64,000 nucleotides of DNA from Paramoeba atlantica (GCA_977017575.1 CDRNVI010000060.1:434001-498000), one strand, 5' to 3'. Positions 9,386-20,951 are shown, counted from the stretch's first letter. The notes: generated by a model not told the origin, from the sequence alone. Program-made: numbers and translations.

Positions 9386-10260
9386 CTTCGCAGTTACACA
9401 TGTCCAGCAAAACAAATATACGGACTTAGTCCGAACTGCTACATGGGTAAAGGCGGGGTCATTCGCCGAGCGCTACGCCTCGGAACATAAAATATCGGAG
9501 AGAGCAGAAGCTGTCGCTGCTGGTCACCGTTTTGAAGCGATGGTTGTAGAATCTTTTGGATCCTGGTCCAAAAGTGCCCTGACCATCATAAAAAGCGTCG
9601 GGAAACACCGAGCTTCAACCTCTAATGGGACTTTGAGCCATGCACAGGCCACAGCACAACTCATAAGGGGTATGAACATAGCCCTCATGCGTTCACAGGC
9701 ACGGATGTTGGTCCGACGTCTCCCGGATGAAGATCCCACTGGCCAACTCGTCACACATGACGACCGGCTGGATTCATTCCGAACTGGTCGTTTGCGCCCA
9801 TGAACATCTGGTCGGGATGCTGGTCGGGTCGACAGAGTCTATGCTCACGCCTAGCCCGCGAGGGCTAGGTACCCCAAGTGAGGTAGTACACGGGAAGTGA
9901 ATCTCCTCCCCGTCGGCCAGCATCCTGTTTCGTGACCGTGTCGCTGTCGACACAGGCCCGCGCCTGCGCCCTCCCGTATAGCAAGGGAAGGGTTCACAAG
10001 TCAGGCCGTGGAGAGGTCGAAAGACCCGGTCCGGAACGCGCGAATGGATTGGGCATGGATTGCTTGTTTTAATTTTTACTGTTTTTCTTGTTTGTAGTAT
10101 ATACTTAGGGGAGACTAAATTGCTAGTTTTGGGCTGAGAAAAAAGGTACATCTGTGGACAGAAAAAGAATTGCTAATTTGATTGTTTGTTTTCAACTCGT
10201 ATACCCCCCCCAATGGACCTACTTGGTTCGTCAAAAAAAAAAAAAAAAAAAAAAAAAACA
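9386..10260 (+). mobile_element. Heavily 5'-truncated F1 element: RLE tail, 3' UTR, poly(A)
   Basis: AVTHVQQ..KY.D.VR and AMVVESFGSWS motifs; structured UTR; A-tail near 10232-10258. Confidence 0.85.
9815..10054 (+). ncRNA. Conserved structured RNA in the F1 3' UTR
   Basis: GGATGCTGGTCG/CGGCCAGCATCC long stem and GNRA hairpins; copies at 12160-12392, 16867-17113, 9009-9120 and 23414-23487. Confidence 0.65.
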
Positions 10261-12114
10261 TTTTCCGGAACTTTCGCCCTGGGTAGAATGGTGCTACTCA
10301 AGTCCGAGTTGCCTCACGTATGGAAACAATTTCATCCCTTCAGCCGAAGGCGTGCAACAAGGTGATCCTTTAGGCCCACTTTTATTCTCTCTAGTGCTTT
10401 CTGAGGTGACGGAAGAGATAGCATCCCGATCAAACCTTGACTCGCAACTGTGGTACCTCGACGATGGGGTTCTTATGGGAGAGGCTGTGGAGGTCAGAAA
10501 GGCGGTGGACGTTTTTTCGGAAGTTGGCCCCCGGTGCGGACTTTTCTTGAATCCTGCGAAAAGTGAAATCATAACGCCACCTGCCTCGGCTCATCTCACA
10601 ACGCTTTTTCCCGAGATCCCAAAGGCGAAAATCCGGCACGACGGGAACTTCGATATCCTTGGAGCCCGATCGGGTCGGACGAGCACTGCGCGGAGTTCCT
10701 GATGCAGCACGCCATCGAACCAGCACGTGAGACCCTAGCCGCCATAGGTTTAATAGGAGACCCCCAAGTGGCCAGTGCTCTAATCCGTCAATGCACGGGG
10801 TTTTGTCAGATGGTATACGCCCTCCGAACTACACCCCCACAGCCCCTTACCCATCTTTGCTTTTTACTAGACGACTCTGTCATGACGGCTGTAGAGTGGG
10901 CACTTTTTCCCCTGGACCCCCCCGCACGTGATCAAATACTACGCAGGAAGCGCCACGGAGGCTTCGGTCTCAGATCGTCGACACTGCACGCAACGGCGGC
11001 ATACGTTTCATCTGTCGCTCATGCCGCCGACATGGACGACTGGGACCCCTTGGAAGCTCAAGGATTTACTACCTCCGTGCAAGAAGTAAACGATAAAGCA
11101 GGCGCAGTGCTTGTGGACCCATGCACAGGACGCACTCCCAAACAAAACAATCCTCGCACAGATTCTGATCTACGTCATAGCTTGTCCTCGCAAACAAAAC
11201 GCCCTCGGCGGACGCAGAATAAAAAGGGATCAGAGAAGACGGCCGAACCGGAGATGATTATCCCTAGACAGCAACAGCTCAGCCAAGTCATTTCCCAGCA
11301 AGAATTTAACACTGCATACGAGAAGGCTGACCCCCGCACACGTGCAAGATGGATATCAGAGTCCGGAAAAGGTGCCGGGAGCTGGGCTTTCGTGACTCCT
11401 TCGCGGACCAAGGGATACGCTTTCACTCCCACAGAGTTCCGTACCTTATCCCGCTGGTGGTTGGGCATGGATGTCTATCCAGAGGATCGACCTTGTCCAG
11501 CAAAAGGATGTGACTTACCACTCCTAAAAAATGGGGAACACGCTCTGATGTGTAAGAACGGGCACGGCCTCATCACCCGCCACAATGCGGTCTGCCAACA
11601 GTTCACCTCCTTCTGCAGCAAGGCCAATATGGCTCCGCAAAGGGAAAAAAGTCTCGGAAATCGGGGACCTGGAGGAGGTCTCACCAGACCAGGCGATGTT
11701 TTTCTTCCCAACTATGAACTGGGAGGTGGCATGGTTCTAGACTTCGCAGTCACCCACGCACAGCAATTGAAGTATTTGGACTCAGTCCGTAATGCTATCT
11801 GGGTGGCTGCGGGGTCTTTTGCTGAACACTTCTCTGAAACGAAAGGGAAGCAGCGCCAGGAAGCGGAAGCAGCTCAGTTACTGTTCACAGCGATGATTGT
11901 TGAGTCCTTCGGCTCATGGAGCAGAAGTGCCTTGACGGTCCTGTGGAAGGTGGGAGCGTTACGTGCCAACGCGTCGAACGGTCTTTTAACAGACACTCAG
12001 GCACGAAACATCCTTTTGCAAGAGCTTAATGTCACGTTGATGCGTTCCCAGGCTCGGATGATGGTCTCCAGGATAGTTGTCAGTGACCCTAACGCCCCCC
12101 TTGAAGGCGCTTAG
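10261..12114 (+). pseudogene. 5'-truncated F1 RT-RLE ORF with a frameshift near 10665
   Basis: GVQQGDPLGPLLFSL, WYLDDG, CCHC-type finger, RPGDV..LDFAVTH. Confidence 0.9.
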
Positions 12115-12697
12115 GGGCATGGCGAAGACGCCATGCGCAGGGCCACATACCTCTGGCCCGGATGCTGGTCGAGTCGACAGAGTCTATGCTCACGCCTAGT
12201 CCGTCAAGGCTAGGTACCCCAAGTGAGGTAGTACACGGGTAGTGAATCTCCTCCCCGTCGGCCAGCATCCTGTTTCGCGACCGTGTCGCTGTCGACACAG
12301 GCCCGCGCCTGCGCCCTCCCGTATAACAAGGGAAGGGTCCACAAGTCAGGCCGTGGAGAGGTCGAAAGACCCGGTCCGGAACGCGCGAATGGTTGAGGAG
12401 CCGCCTGCAGGCCGGGTGAGGCGAAGCTGAGGGAGACCTTACCCCCCCTGAAAAGTTGAAAAGTTGGGTAGGGGAAAGCAGGAAAGTAGGGAGAAAGGTG
12501 GGAAAAGTATGTCAAGAGGTGAGAAAGAGGAGAAAGAGAGAGAAAAATTTTCTTTATTTGCATAAAAACAATATGAAATTGCTAATTTGATTGCTTGTTT
12601 TCAACTCGTATATCCCCCAATGGACCTACTTGGTTCGTCTACTGGGTTAAAATATAGAGGCAATGCCGCGACTCATACTTCTCCCCCCTCATTAATT

Positions 12698-12728
<31 letters not shown>

Positions 12729-12730
<2 letters not shown>

Positions 12731-12764
12731 TTAACGATAAAGATACAGTTTCTGTACCTTGTTG
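12729..12764 (+). other. Spliced-leader exon copy
   Basis: CTTTAACGATAAAGATACAGTTTCTGTACCTTGTTG, 48 nt before the ATG at 12813. Confidence 0.88.
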
Positions 12765-12812
12765 AATTATTTTCCTTATTCCATCTTTTTCCAGGTACGC
12801 GGTTCCTTTAAT

Positions 12813-15800
12813 ATGACCGGCGAAGAGGAGTCGACTCATAAAACAGGATCCTGGGATCAATTTGAAGGTAATGCGCACCTCATTAACCAGCCGAGTACCT
12901 ACAACGAACTTCTATACACCACTCCCATTCCTACGAATATCCCTGAAGACTGGTGCAAAAAAGCTGATTCGATTTCACACGGAAAACCGACACCTGACAC
13001 AGGACGCGAAGATGGAAGCGACGAAGAAATGAATCACTCTCGGGTGCTCATCGGCCCAGGTCACGAGGTTAAAGCACCACAGTCTGACAAAGATTCTGTT
13101 GCAAAGAAGTTTGTACGGCGTAAAGCATCCACCTCATCTCCTTGTACTAAAGGGCACATTCGAGGCATCATAAAAACTCCCAAGACGCGAGAGAAAACCA
13201 CTTTCAGAAAAACGGAAGAGGCGGACCATAGGGTACACGACAATGAGTTACGCGATAGGGAAGATTTGCTTGCAATGGAGCTTGATCCATGTTCGACGCA
13301 ACTAACGACAACCCAAATACAGACTGCGTCCGCTGGATCCACGATTCACGACCAAGCTGCCCCCTATCCCCCACCATCGCAACGACGAGGAATGCCCCCA
13401 GCAACCAATTCTGCAGAGAACGCTGTCTCAGCAGAATTGAGTCAAGGACAACAGGAAGATGGGTACTCCGGATCACAAGGCGCATCTTTTCCCCTCAACG
13501 GAGACGATTCTCGACAGTGCCCGGCTCAGGGATGTTCATGGCGGAGCTTCCCACACGGCGGGTCGTGGCAAGCTTTTTACAACCACGTCGCTTGCCGGCA
13601 CGGAAGCAGCATTCCCGCAGAGTGGTGGGATGTAGAAGGTCGCTTCCTTTGTTCTTCTTGCGGGCGAAACTACGACAAAAACAAACGTTCATATCACTCC
13701 CATAGCTGCAAAGCAACAATGGCCTCTCCGCCATCCGAGCTTCATGCGCAAACCCTTCCTGACGCGGAGAGCCCAGGACGGAGAGCCGGAATCACTCAGT
13801 TTGAGCTTCCATCATTATCAACTATCTGCTCGCTACCGCTTAGTACATGCAAGGACGTACCACATCGATGCCGCCAGCTGTGGGGTGAAATTCTTACGGA
13901 GACCATGGATAACGCCGTCAAAGACAATTCACTGCAGTCGTGGACCTTGCTGGCCATGCTACCCAAATGTGTCCTCCCCGCCCCACGCCGTGGAGGCCGC
14001 AAAGGCCACATGGCATATGCTTCCCACGCCTACAGTTGCATGCAGCGTTGGCTTGCGTTGGATTATTCCCTCCTCTGGAAAGAGGCCGTGACGACCTACC
14101 GCAAAAAGGAAGCAACCCCTACCGAGGTTAGTGATGAAGAAGAGAAAGCCACACTAAGGGCAGAACTCCTCGTCCGGCAGGGGGAATATTCCAGAGGCTT
14201 GGCTGCTCTAACGTCGGATCCAATGGCTCCGGACGATGATGACACGTTCTCTAAGCTACAAGAAAAACACCCCTGCCGTCTGCTCATCCCTGGGAGCGTC
14301 AACCACTTCCCCGCTGCAGCACCCCTGGAGTTGGACGAATCCGAAATTGAGAAGGCGGTAAGGGGTTTTCACCGAGGCTCCTCCGCGGGCACAATGGGAC
14401 TGCGCCCCGAGCACTTACAAGCGGCGATACTTACCCACGGAGGCAAGAACATTAATTCACTCCAGTCTCTAACGAAGCTGGCGAATCACCTCCTAGCGGG
14501 AAAAGCACCAGTGGAAGTACAGAGTCACTTTGCTGGAGCCCGGCTGTGCGCTTTAGAGAAAGGCGAAAACGACGTCCGCCCAATTGCCGCAGGAGAAACT
14601 GTGAGACGGTTGGTGAGCAAGGCTGCGTGCAACGCGGTTCGGTCCAAAGCTAGTACTCTTTTCGCTGGTCGGCAATATGGTGTAGCTACACCAGCAGGGG
14701 CTGAGCGCATAATCCACATGTGCCGCTTGGCTATTTCATCGAACATGGATTGCCCCAATTTTGTACTATGCAAAGTTGACCTCCGGAACGCGTTCAACAA
14801 CGTGAGCAGAGCTTGCTTTCTACCTCTAGTCCAGGAACATTTCCCTGAGCTATTCCCATGGATAAACTGGTGCTACGCAAATCCCAGCTCCCTTACCTAC
14901 GGACTCCGATCACTTTCTTCCGAAGAAGGAGTGCAGCAGGGCGACCCTTTAGGACCACTACTCTTCTCATTAGTGTCCTTAGCGCTCTCAGAAGCAATCG
15001 ATCTTCAGGCGGACCTCTTCGCCCAGCTGTGGTACCTCGACGACGGTGTCCTCATTGGCCAGGCGCAAGACGTCAGGAACGCCCTCGACACGATTGCCAG
15101 AGTAGGTCCGCAATGGGGCTTATTCCTTAACATGTCTAAATGCGAGATCATTACACCCCCGACCTCGGCACACCACGCCTCTGAATTTCCAGACATACCC
15201 GTCAATAAGATCAACGTCCATGGCAATTTCGACATCCTTGGAAGCCCGGTGGGATCGCCCGAACACTGCTCAGAGTATCTCGCGATCCACGCCATAGGCC
15301 CCGCTGAGGATACGCTCGACGCGATCGCCACCATTCGGGACCCACAGGTTGCACTTGCTCTTATCAGGCAGTGTGCCGGTTTCTGCCAGATGGTCTACGC
15401 CCTGAGAAGCACACCACCCCAAACCATAGCCCATCTCTGCGCCCGACTCGACGATTTTCTTATGACCGCCACCGAAGCTATAATTTGCCCCCTGGACCCC
15501 TACGCCCGATCTCAGGCACAACGTTTGAAGCGGCACGGCGGTTTTGGGTTAAGATCCGCAGCGTTACACGCCACTGCCGCATACGTATCTTCCGTCGCCT
15601 TCTCTGCGGACAAAGATTCATGGAACCCCTCTGATGCGGATGGATTTGTGGAAGCTGTCAGGGACATCAACCAGAAAGCTGGAACATCTTTACTTGATCC
15701 CCGAGGTCGGATCCTTACAACGCCGAACGCCCCTTGCGAAAAAGCAGTTAGTAGTCCCTTCTTTTACCGAAAAAGGAAACGTACCCTAAGTGTCAACGAT

Positions 15801-16802
15801 AACCCTCCCTCAGAGAACTCCCTACCACCCGCGCTCCGTACAACTTCCCGCACCATGCACATCCCTGAAGATATCCACTTATCTACACCATTATATGCCT
15901 CGGAGGATTGTACTGATACAGATCCCCCACAATGGAGGAAAGGGAAGATTCCACGCCAACGAGACATCAGCTACGCGATCGCGGCCTATGATTTCTCTCA
16001 TTCGTACGAGATGTCAGATGTGCGAACACGAACAAGATGGATATCTCAATGCGGGAAAGGGGCAAGCAGTTGGGCTTTTGTAACCCCGTCTAAGGACATG
16101 GGGTATTCCTTTACTCCTACAGAGTTTCGAACCTTGGCCCGCTGGTGGTTAGGGATCGACGTCTACCCTGAAGAAGGGAAATGCCCTATGCCGAAATGTT
16201 CTCTCCCACTGGACACCAAAGGGGACCACGCATTGTCCTGCAAACACGGCAATGGAATTATCACGAGGCATAATGCCGTGGCAGATCAGTTCGCCGACCT
16301 TTGCAGCAGAGCCAAACTGGCCCCACAACGAGAAAAAAGTCTTGGCAACAGAGGTCCAGGGGGCGCCCTCACCAGACCCGGTGATGTCTATTTGCCCGGT
16401 CTCCAGTTGGGGAATCCGATTGTACTTGACTTCGCGGTCACCCATGCTCAGCAACTAAAATATACGGACAAAGTCCGGAATGCTAGCTGGGTAACCGCGG
16501 GGTCATTTGCTGAACAATATTCATCAACGCAAAAGGGCCAGCAGAGACACGAATCTGAAGAAACCGGCTGTGCCTTCACCGCCATGGTGGTGGAGAGCTA
16601 CGGTGCGTGGAGCAGCGGTGCATCCGCAGTACTCCGTAAAGTTGGAGAACGGCTTTCGCACGCCTCGTGCGGGTTATTGACAGAAGGGGGGGCGACGAGC
16701 AGAATCTTCACGGAGTTAAACGTGACCCTCATGCGCCTTCAGGCCCGCATGATGGTTAATCGCCTTCTCCCTGATGACCCGTTTTCTTGCTTGGGGGAGT
16801 AA
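12813..16802 (+). CDS. F1 polyprotein: LsmAD-like domain, two zinc fingers, RT, CCHC finger, restriction-like endonuclease
   Basis: WDQF..N..STY..LYTT; C2H2-like fingers; QQGDPLGP; WYLDDG; RPGDV..LDFAVTH; no stops. Confidence 0.92.
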   Translation: MTGEEESTHKTGSWDQFEGNAHLINQPSTYNELLYTTPIPTNIPEDWCKKADSISHGKPTPDTGREDGSDEEMNHSRVLIGPGHEVKAPQSDKDSVAKKFVRRKASTSSPCTKGHIRGIIKTPKTREKTTFRKTEEADHRVHDNELRDREDLLAMELDPCSTQLTTTQIQTASAGSTIHDQAAPYPPPSQRRGMPPATNSAENAVSAELSQGQQEDGYSGSQGASFPLNGDDSRQCPAQGCSWRSFPHGGSWQAFYNHVACRHGSSIPAEWWDVEGRFLCSSCGRNYDKNKRSYHSHSCKATMASPPSELHAQTLPDAESPGRRAGITQFELPSLSTICSLPLSTCKDVPHRCRQLWGEILTETMDNAVKDNSLQSWTLLAMLPKCVLPAPRRGGRKGHMAYASHAYSCMQRWLALDYSLLWKEAVTTYRKKEATPTEVSDEEEKATLRAELLVRQGEYSRGLAALTSDPMAPDDDDTFSKLQEKHPCRLLIPGSVNHFPAAAPLELDESEIEKAVRGFHRGSSAGTMGLRPEHLQAAILTHGGKNINSLQSLTKLANHLLAGKAPVEVQSHFAGARLCALEKGENDVRPIAAGETVRRLVSKAACNAVRSKASTLFAGRQYGVATPAGAERIIHMCRLAISSNMDCPNFVLCKVDLRNAFNNVSRACFLPLVQEHFPELFPWINWCYANPSSLTYGLRSLSSEEGVQQGDPLGPLLFSLVSLALSEAIDLQADLFAQLWYLDDGVLIGQAQDVRNALDTIARVGPQWGLFLNMSKCEIITPPTSAHHASEFPDIPVNKINVHGNFDILGSPVGSPEHCSEYLAIHAIGPAEDTLDAIATIRDPQVALALIRQCAGFCQMVYALRSTPPQTIAHLCARLDDFLMTATEAIICPLDPYARSQAQRLKRHGGFGLRSAALHATAAYVSSVAFSADKDSWNPSDADGFVEAVRDINQKAGTSLLDPRGRILTTPNAPCEKAVSSPFFYRKRKRTLSVNDNPPSENSLPPALRTTSRTMHIPEDIHLSTPLYASEDCTDTDPPQWRKGKIPRQRDISYAIAAYDFSHSYEMSDVRTRTRWISQCGKGASSWAFVTPSKDMGYSFTPTEFRTLARWWLGIDVYPEEGKCPMPKCSLPLDTKGDHALSCKHGNGIITRHNAVADQFADLCSRAKLAPQREKSLGNRGPGGALTRPGDVYLPGLQLGNPIVLDFAVTHAQQLKYTDKVRNASWVTAGSFAEQYSSTQKGQQRHESEETGCAFTAMVVESYGAWSSGASAVLRKVGERLSHASCGLLTEGGATSRIFTELNVTLMRLQARMMVNRLLPDDPFSCLGE

Positions 16803-18176
16803 ACGTTTCCTGACCGGACGGCAGTCAGCACAGACCCACGTTTGCGCCCTCATAGATGGCTGGCCTGGATGCTGGTCGATGCCGACAGGGTCTATGCTCA
16901 CGCCTAGCCCTCAAGGGCTAGGTACTCCAAGTGAGGTAGGACATGGGTCGGGAACTAAAACTTCCTCCCCGTCGGCCAGCATCCTGTTTCGCGACCGTGT
17001 CGCTGTCGACACAGGCCCGCGCCTGCGCCCTCCCATATAACAAGGGAAGGGTTCACAAGTCAGGCCGTGGAGAGGTCGAAAGACCCGGTCCGGAACGCGC
17101 GAATGGATTGGGCATATATTGCTTGTTTTTATTGTTATTGTTTTTAATGTTCTTATACTTACGGGAGATCGAATTGCTAGTTTTGGGCTCCAAAATATGA
17201 AATTGCTAATTTGATTGCTTGTTTTAAAATCATATAAAAAAAAAAAAATTTACTTGTTTTCAACTCGTATTCCCCCCCAATGGACCTACTTGGTTCGTCT
17301 ACTGGGTCAAAATATAGAGGCAATGCCGCGATTCATACTTCTCCCCCCTTATTAACTGCAAAAAAAAAAAAAAAAAAATACGCTTACTATATCTGATTGA
17401 CTATATGTTTTTCTTCCGGAAGTGCAATTCTAAAAGTTTACGAAAAGAATTGTACAATGGAAATTTTGATTTCTGAGAATTGTATTTACGTTAGTTGGCC
17501 GACGGGCATTGTACGTTTGTTATTCATAAACTAGTTTATATAGTGACACAAAGCATTATACAGTGAACTGGTAATAGAGCGCGTTTTTATCCTTTGAAAC
17601 TTTTTGCCCCACCCACCAACCCCCAAACCACTCCCCGCGTGGACACCCGTTCGAGAAAGGGAGGGAAGGGAGTTCTCTCCAGGAAAAAGTTCATGAGGTA
17701 TATAAAATAGATTTGATACTTACTTCGCGAAGTTGATATTACAGTACTGGTGAAGATAATGTCAAAAACAAAAAAAAAAAATGTCAAGAGGTGAGAAAGA
17801 GGAGAAAGAGAGAGAAAAATTTTCTTTATTTGCATAAAAACAATAAAAAAAAAAAAAAAAAAATAGAAGATTCCAAAGAAAATTTGGACTGATATTCAGG
17901 ATAAAGAAAGTCAAAAAAAAAAAAAAGTATATTAAAATGTATAGAGTGGGATAAAAAGAAGCTATCCGAGTACTAAAAAAAAAAAAAAAAAAAAAAAAAG
18001 TGGAAGGCGCGGATGGATGCTCGGGGGGGGGGGGAGTGAGGGAAAGAAGCGGGTGAAGTCGGGAAGTCGCGGATGGTTTCTTTGGGGGGTGGAGATAAGG
18101 GAGAGAAGCGGGCGAAGTTGATAAGGGCGAAGTAAAGTAAGTAGGAAAGTAAGTAAGAAAGTGATACCGTACATTC

Positions 18177-18204
<28 letters not shown>

Positions 18205-18208
<4 letters not shown>

Positions 18209-20150
18209 CGCACCGTCGATTTTAGCAACGCGTATAATACACCACAACGCAACGCCATTGCTGAGGCACTCCTTGGTAATCCCATTTTCAAGCCTTTCAT
18301 GCGCCTATTCTACCTAGAATATGGGATTCCCTCTGAGCTGCTATTTTTTGCGCACAATGCTCTGTTTGCTACCATCGAAAGCTCTTCAGGAATTCGCCAA
18401 GGATCGGCACTTTCATCAATGTACTTCTGCGCACTTTTGCAAGGCCCGCTACGAGAACTCATGCACCTCTATCCTGACGTGAAGATCCGAGCATACCAAG
18501 ACGATGTGACTTTGAGCTCCAAAAACGTGCAAGCATTGGAGGCAGCTTTCTTTTACCTGCGTGAGATCGCCGCAGAGATGAACCTCCGAATTAATTTCCA
18601 GAAATGCGATTGGTTTCAGAAGAACATTCCCAACATAGCTCAGCCTCCTCCGTTGGAAAAACTTGGAGTAAACTTTTGCAGTGATGCGATAAAAGTCTTA
18701 GGCGCATACGTAGGTACAGACCAAGTCGTGGAAAATCTGCTGATCAAGAAAATGGAGAAACACAAGTGCCTATTCCGCAGGTTGTTGCTTATGGGTCCCA
18801 GTAATTTGTCTCTTGCCATTCTCCGCCGTTGTACGATTCCACGGCACGATTACCATCTACGAGTACATCGGCCAGGCGCTACTTTCCAACTAGCACAATC
18901 CTTCGAGAACCAAGTAAACAAAGTTCTAGAAAAGTGGAGTGGAGCAGACGCAAACGCCCTGAAACTCGCCGCTCTACCACAGAAACTCGGTGGCCTAGGC
19001 TTAATTTCCTCGACTCTGAAGCAAAAACATTTCTTCGAAACTGCCAGCAAATCTATTGATGAGCACCTTAAACCCAATAACGCTCCGGTAGATCAGAAAG
19101 GCAGCGAAAAAGCTGTGAAACAACCGCAAAGTCGAGGAGAGGCAGCGCGCAAGCTATTGAAAAAGAAGCTAAGTGCAGAACACGATAAACAGATAACTGA
19201 GCTGCAGAAGGATTCTCACATGGGACTTTTATTGAAGCGTACAAAGGAATCAAACATGCATTTAGAAAGCACCAGCAATTATGTAAACCCGTACCTCTTC
19301 CGATACACTTTGATGATGCGTTTGGGCATCGGATTACATAACGCACCGGCCGATGTTATATGCCCTGGATGCTGTGGCCATGAATCTCCTACCAGCATTA
19401 TACCACACGTCGCAGGATGCTCCCGGTGCTCGGGCATGAATTGCACCAAAAAGCACTCACACATAGTGAGGTACCTCGCAGATTTGTGCTCCAAAGCTGG
19501 TCTCCCTTGTATTATCGAACCGCGCATCCATTCTTCGTTTTTCTGTACTAAGTGCAAGTGTTCCATCTCAGCGGAAGTAGCTGAACATCATCCTTGCAAA
19601 GCCCGCAGAATCCGATCCGGTCCTGATCTTGCTATTATGTGGCCCCACATGGGGGAGGTCCTGTATGATTTTACCGTTGTTCACACTTGTTGCAGCAGCT
19701 ATGCCAAACAAACAAGTACAGCGCTGATGCAGCACGTGCTCGACAAGAAATTCAAGAAGTACGTTACGGAGAAAGGCGTAGAAAGCGACTCTTTTCGTTG
19801 CCTGGCCGCCTCTGACTGCGGTCTTCTGCACAACGACACCAAAACCCTCCTCAAGGCATTATCCCAACGAGCCAAACAAAAGTACGAAGACGTACGTGAG
19901 GCCTTCCAACTCGAGATAGAAAAGCTAGCAGCGTATACTATTGTATCGCAGCTCCGCGAGTATATTCCAGAAGCACATTGGATTGGTGGACTGCGTCAGT
20001 GAGTCGACCAACAAGTTCGCACATTAGAAAAGCTCTTAAAAGTTCTTATTATTATTCACAACGATTATCCGTGTTTAGAATGCCTGCGAGATTTAGGATA
20101 ATACGAACGATCTTTGGGAGAAGGCTCAGAAAAAAAAAAAAAAAAATAGA
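18205..20150 (+). mobile_element. 5'-truncated F2 element (ORF to 20002, A-tail near 20130)
   Basis: GIRQGSALSS, AYQDDVT, GPDLAI..YDFTVVH. Confidence 0.9.
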
Positions 20151-20330
20151 ATATATTTTAGAAGAAAGAATTTTTCAGTCTTGAACGTTTGAGGTGGAAT
20201 CTTAAGACCACTTTTGAAATGAATAGGTATAAACAAAAGGATTAAATCCCCAAATGCATATATACGGTTATGTGATCTCCGGGAAGTATTAGAACGAGCA
20301 AAATACATTGTTTTTTACTTCGTCATCTGA

Positions 20331-20951
20331 CTATGACGGAACCAAAAAAACATCAATCTCCACTTCTTTTTGATCCGGATGAGGCTGGATTCTGGAACGT
20401 GTGACAGAAGCGCTCCCGAAGGAGGTACGGAAGAGCAATTTATCTTTTTCGTAATTATATTCGTTGTCGTATGACCTCCGGATATGTCGTTCGCACCTCT
20501 CCTTCACAGCCTTATTTGTGGTTTTTGATAGGCTGAGTGAAGAAGATTCTGCTCCCGCAAACTGGAATTCGAAGTCCTCAGTTGGACGGACGCTGGAGAA
20601 AAGTTCCTCTTCCGTGCTTGTCTGCTGTTGCCCTGTATCTGGGGTCTCACCTTCCACAGAGTTCGTAATGCTGAGTGCAATCTCGTCCGCTCGCCGTAAA
20701 GATTCAGCTGAAGGATTAGGTGGGAGGGGTGTAGTGTATAAGTCTACATGGTACGTACTCTTGCCTTCAACAAGGTCCTTGTTTGCGTCGAATTGGTCCC
20801 AGCAGCCGAGTGTGTGTGCTTTCACCTCGCGCTCGAAGTTCGAGACCTGCTTCGCCTTAGATCGAGTTAAAACAACCATGGGGCGTAAGAGTGAGATAAA
20901 GAAAAGAAAATAATTCAACAAGGTACAGAAACTGTATCTTTATCGTTAAAG
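20331..20951 (-). pseudogene. 5' end of a retroelement: SL exon (20916-20951), ATG at 20880, LsmAD-like domain
   Basis: SL reverse complement; MVVLTRSKAK...WDQFDAN..STY..LYTT. Confidence 0.8.

Larger units (their letters stand above)
12729..17380 (+). mobile_element. Full-length F1 CRE-like non-LTR retrotransposon
   Basis: 5' SL exon, single long ORF, structured 3' UTR, poly(A) near 17360-17379. Confidence 0.9.

Noticed and set aside
8832-9415. Poly-Lys or poly-Phe ORFs here and at 7069-7369 and 17587-18247
   Set aside because: They arise from reading through poly(A) tails and UTR repeats
9815-10054. Hammerhead, HDV, SRP or RNase P assignment for the F1 UTR RNA
   Set aside because: Only isolated short motifs match; I could not build any complete consensus fold
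12727-12800. SL RNA gene, or SLACS-style insertion into one
   Set aside because: No GT donor or SL intron follows any copy; each is fused to a different element UTR
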